The notes under the pieces: model-generated
What the model saw: only the letters and a program-made list of their open reading frames with translations
The model's database searches: none
What the model was told of the DNA's origin: nothing
Shown: piece after piece, positions 61,163-64,000 of the stretch
How the letters are laid out: the number at the start of each line of letters is the position of its first letter
How positions within the stretch are numbered: position 1 is the first letter of the stretch
Made by a program: the position numbers and the translations under genes
Sequence record: OM718002.1
DNA: 64,000 nucleotides
Direction: 5' to 3' (one strand)

Positions 61163-62452
61163 TTACATTGCATAACCACGTTTAAAGTCATCAATGACTT
61201 TATCAAATCGACGCTGCCATTCGCGAATAGCATCATTGAAGCCATGGATCTTATAATCTTCACTAACTACTTGTGCACACTTACCATAATAGTTAAGTAC
61301 GCAGCTAGCTGCTAGATATTGTGCTTGAGAATATTCAAACATCGTATCAGTAATACGACGCATACCTTCAAGGGAGGTATTAATTAATTGAACAGACTCA
61401 CCAATAGCATCAATAGTTTCTTGACTATAGTTACGTGATAGTTGCTTTAATTTACGTAAAGCATCACTACTATTGCGATATGCTTTTAACAAATCATCAA
61501 GTGGTGCGACAAAACGATCTTTTAATAGATGTGAGTTTTTCCAGAAATTCTTATCGGGGAAATCTGGAATGCTTGAACGATCAGAATATACTGTAGATAG
61601 TTCATTGCACCGGGTAGCTAGTTTACCAATCTCACGGATGTTGACAATAGGCATAAGTGCACGATAATCATCACCATTGTAATTAACATATTCAATGATA
61701 GTGCCAACTAGCTTTTCCATTGTACCTAGTTCAGTACGTGCTTCATTATTAATATTAATGATTTCTTTCTGGTAGTATACACTACCAAATGCAGCAGCAT
61801 ATACACGACTAGCTAGGATTTTAGGATCATCAATGATTGATTGTGCAATTGCATCAAACTTTTCTATTAATGCATCCTTTCGATTACCTAATCGATTTTT
61901 AACTAGTAACTCTTGAAAGAGAGTACGTGCTTGATCAACTGCCCGGACAATCTTTCCATAACGAGTTGCTACAACAACATCACGCTTCTTAAAATCACTA
62001 ATCCAACGCATCAGCTTAGCAAATAGTTCCATTAGTTTCTCAAACCAAGTCTTAAGAGTATTAATGATGGTAGCCATCACTGCCTCTTGAGAAATAGTCA
62101 CATTAAGAGTACTACGGGTTGGTGTAAACATAGAAGCATATTGCTCAAGTGAAGCTACTGCTTTCTTAGGAGCTTCAAACCCTTCAGTGCTCATGCGCTT
62201 AACTAATGCTCGAATACCATCAACATCTGGTTTTGATACGCCTTCAAGTTTAGTGATTGCATAAATATCAGATAGCTGATGAATCGCTTCGACAGCTACA
62301 CACATCTTAGCTAAAATTTCAGGAGCCGAGGCACTTGAAACAGTCTCTTCTTCGCCTTCAACCATCTCTGGTTGGTTCTCATCAAAGAAAAGTTTTTCCT
62401 CTTCGACATCTACTTCTTTAACATGAGACATGGGTTTAACCTCACTCATCAA
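61163..62452 (-). CDS. Head protein with acidic propeptide (gp86-like)
   Basis: 429 aa; SLE|QY and SQE|AV sites. Confidence 0.7.
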   Translation of the reverse strand: MMSEVKPMSHVKEVDVEEEKLFFDENQPEMVEGEEETVSSASAPEILAKMCVAVEAIHQLSDIYAITKLEGVSKPDVDGIRALVKRMSTEGFEAPKKAVASLEQYASMFTPTRSTLNVTISQEAVMATIINTLKTWFEKLMELFAKLMRWISDFKKRDVVVATRYGKIVRAVDQARTLFQELLVKNRLGNRKDALIEKFDAIAQSIIDDPKILASRVYAAAFGSVYYQKEIININNEARTELGTMEKLVGTIIEYVNYNGDDYRALMPIVNIREIGKLATRCNELSTVYSDRSSIPDFPDKNFWKNSHLLKDRFVAPLDDLLKAYRNSSDALRKLKQLSRNYSQETIDAIGESVQLINTSLEGMRRITDTMFEYSQAQYLAASCVLNYYGKCAQVVSEDYKIHGFNDAIREWQRRFDKVIDDFKRGYAM

Positions 62453-62891
62453 TACTACCGATTAATTGATTTAATGCATTACCCATGTCTGCTTGGATAC
62501 GGTTATAATCTGGGCCATTAACAACGGCAGAGACAATATTGATATCATCGACAGTTAGATAATCATTAGCGGTATCAGATGTCAGTACAGCTTTGACAAG
62601 ACATGGATCAGTAATACCGTTGATAAGACTTTGGCGAATGCGAAGAATATTGTTAAAATAGGTTACGGCTAGTTTAGTATCAACTGCAATATTCTCATTA
62701 ACTTTACTTAAGATTTTCTTAAATTTAGCAACAGCTTTATCCTGTTGTTCATTGAAATCAAGTAAAATCTCAAATGGAATCTGTAATGCCACCGCATTAG
62801 CTAGGAGCATTGCGCGGGTTTTACGATCAGAACCACCTAAGTTAGGCAGTTGCTTTAGAATACGGGAAAGTTCAAAACCTAATTGTTGCAT
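62442..62891 (-). CDS. Minor head protein (gp85-like)
   Basis: 149 aa; coupled to neighbours. Confidence 0.65.
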   Translation of the reverse strand: MQQLGFELSRILKQLPNLGGSDRKTRAMLLANAVALQIPFEILLDFNEQQDKAVAKFKKILSKVNENIAVDTKLAVTYFNNILRIRQSLINGITDPCLVKAVLTSDTANDYLTVDDINIVSAVVNGPDYNRIQADMGNALNQLIGSIDE

Positions 62892-62902
62892 GATTTTTCT
62901 CT

Positions 62903-63970
62903 CTATTTAGTTAAGCGGTAGGCTCTTACAAATAAGTCATTATTTAATAGACTTTCTAAAGTATCTTCTAATTCAGTAGCCCGTTTATCTTTACGACGCT
63001 GGGGACTAAGGAAATCTAAAATTTTATCAAAAATGGTCCACTCATTAGCTAAATCATTTATCAATGAATCAATTACTTTAATGTCATCATCAATTCCTGG
63101 TTTTAGTGATGAGTCCTTTACCCATTTAAGTTGTGCTACTAGATCTTGTTTAATTTTCATTAAACGTTGTCGTTGTTTGTCATAACGTGAACTAATTGGA
63201 TCATATCCAACTTTTAAATTACCGGCAATGATACCTAGTGTAACAGGTAAACCAATGATCATAAATAGACCTTTGAATACCTCAGCAGTAATATGGCTAG
63301 AAACAGATTTATATTCACGGTCATTATAATACCGACCTGATTTAGTTAATGCCGTTGCCAGTGGCCTTCCATAACCTAATCGAGTGGCGAATAAATCAGC
63401 TAATTGTTCATCGCGTTTACGTGATTGAACATCACCAGTTAAATGCGGACGTTGCGCTTTCTTAAATGATGATAGAATGACTTTACGAATATTTCCTTCA
63501 GTCCTATCATTAGCAAACTTCTCATAATCGGCTGGATCAACGTTTTTCTTTAACCATGTTTCATCCAATAATTGAATCTTATACTTATTAGCTTTCCTAC
63601 CCTGTAAGATAAGTATACCTTCAGTAAGTGCGTAGTTAAGATAGACGTAGTCACCCATTGTAGCCAGTGTTTCCCAACAATGCCCAATTTCATGTAATGT
63701 AATGGCAGTAGCTTCTGCTATACTAACACGGTTAATAGCCGATAATAAACCAATAGATAAACCGACCTTGTATTTAAAAGTTGAAACAGCCTCACCCGTA
63801 ACTTTTAAATTTGTTAAATCAATATTAATGAATGTATTGACACCTTGCTCAGTTGCTAAAGTAACTCGATTAATATTGTCAAATTTACTACCAGTATGTC
63901 CAACTGTAAAGGATGTGTATGCACCACCCATTATACCCTGATCATCCAGGTGTGTAAACTCTATATTCAT
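62903..63970 (-). CDS. Head protein with zincin metallopeptidase motif (gp84-like)
   Basis: TLHEIGH (HExxH), distal EQLADLFATRLGYG, hydrophobic segment GLFMIIGLPVTLGIIAG; GAGGA RBS. Confidence 0.68.
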   Translation of the reverse strand: MNIEFTHLDDQGIMGGAYTSFTVGHTGSKFDNINRVTLATEQGVNTFINIDLTNLKVTGEAVSTFKYKVGLSIGLLSAINRVSIAEATAITLHEIGHCWETLATMGDYVYLNYALTEGILILQGRKANKYKIQLLDETWLKKNVDPADYEKFANDRTEGNIRKVILSSFKKAQRPHLTGDVQSRKRDEQLADLFATRLGYGRPLATALTKSGRYYNDREYKSVSSHITAEVFKGLFMIIGLPVTLGIIAGNLKVGYDPISSRYDKQRQRLMKIKQDLVAQLKWVKDSSLKPGIDDDIKVIDSLINDLANEWTIFDKILDFLSPQRRKDKRATELEDTLESLLNNDLFVRAYRLTK

Positions 63971-64000
63971 ATTGAGGATCTTAGAAACATCATCACTCAG

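Overview
This window is 64 kb of a phiKZ-like (Phikzvirus) nucleus-forming Pseudomonas jumbo phage genome, running opposite to phiKZ gene numbering (about gp143 down to gp84). The identification rests on a 747-aa major capsid protein with the GLE163|NY maturation site, a 543-aa nvRNAP beta subunit, a 515-aa DnaB, an 894-aa portal and a sequence matching, from memory, the characterised late promoter P119L. gp numbers come from size and synteny as recalled, not from a database search. Layout: spanins and RuvC (0-1.4 kb); tail fibre/baseplate/portal module (1.4-18.5 kb); gp125-gp119 with nvRNAP subunit and capsid (18.5-27.6 kb); DnaB operon (27.7-30 kb); a hairpin-dense non-coding block (30.0-30.6 kb); an accessory island of about 22 mostly small genes (30.6-38.9 kb); neck/hub genes (38.9-43.9 kb); inner-body/ejection paralogs (43.9-57.1 kb); baseplate and head genes (57.1-64 kb). 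Best hunt result: the capsid gene's UGA stop is followed in frame by 26 sense codons encoding an R-x-L-E-(N/D)-G repeat, then UAA and the terminator, suggesting a stop-readthrough capsid isoform. Other leads: an orphan ~50% GC HigA-like antitoxin, a DarG-like macrodomain, a 2OG-Fe(II) oxygenase pair inside the tail-fibre operon, a two-domain polyprotein-like gp94, twin hairpins with identical loops next to DnaB, and TATG-flanked terminator hairpins. No CRISPR array, tRNA, rRNA, IS element, intron or intein was seen.
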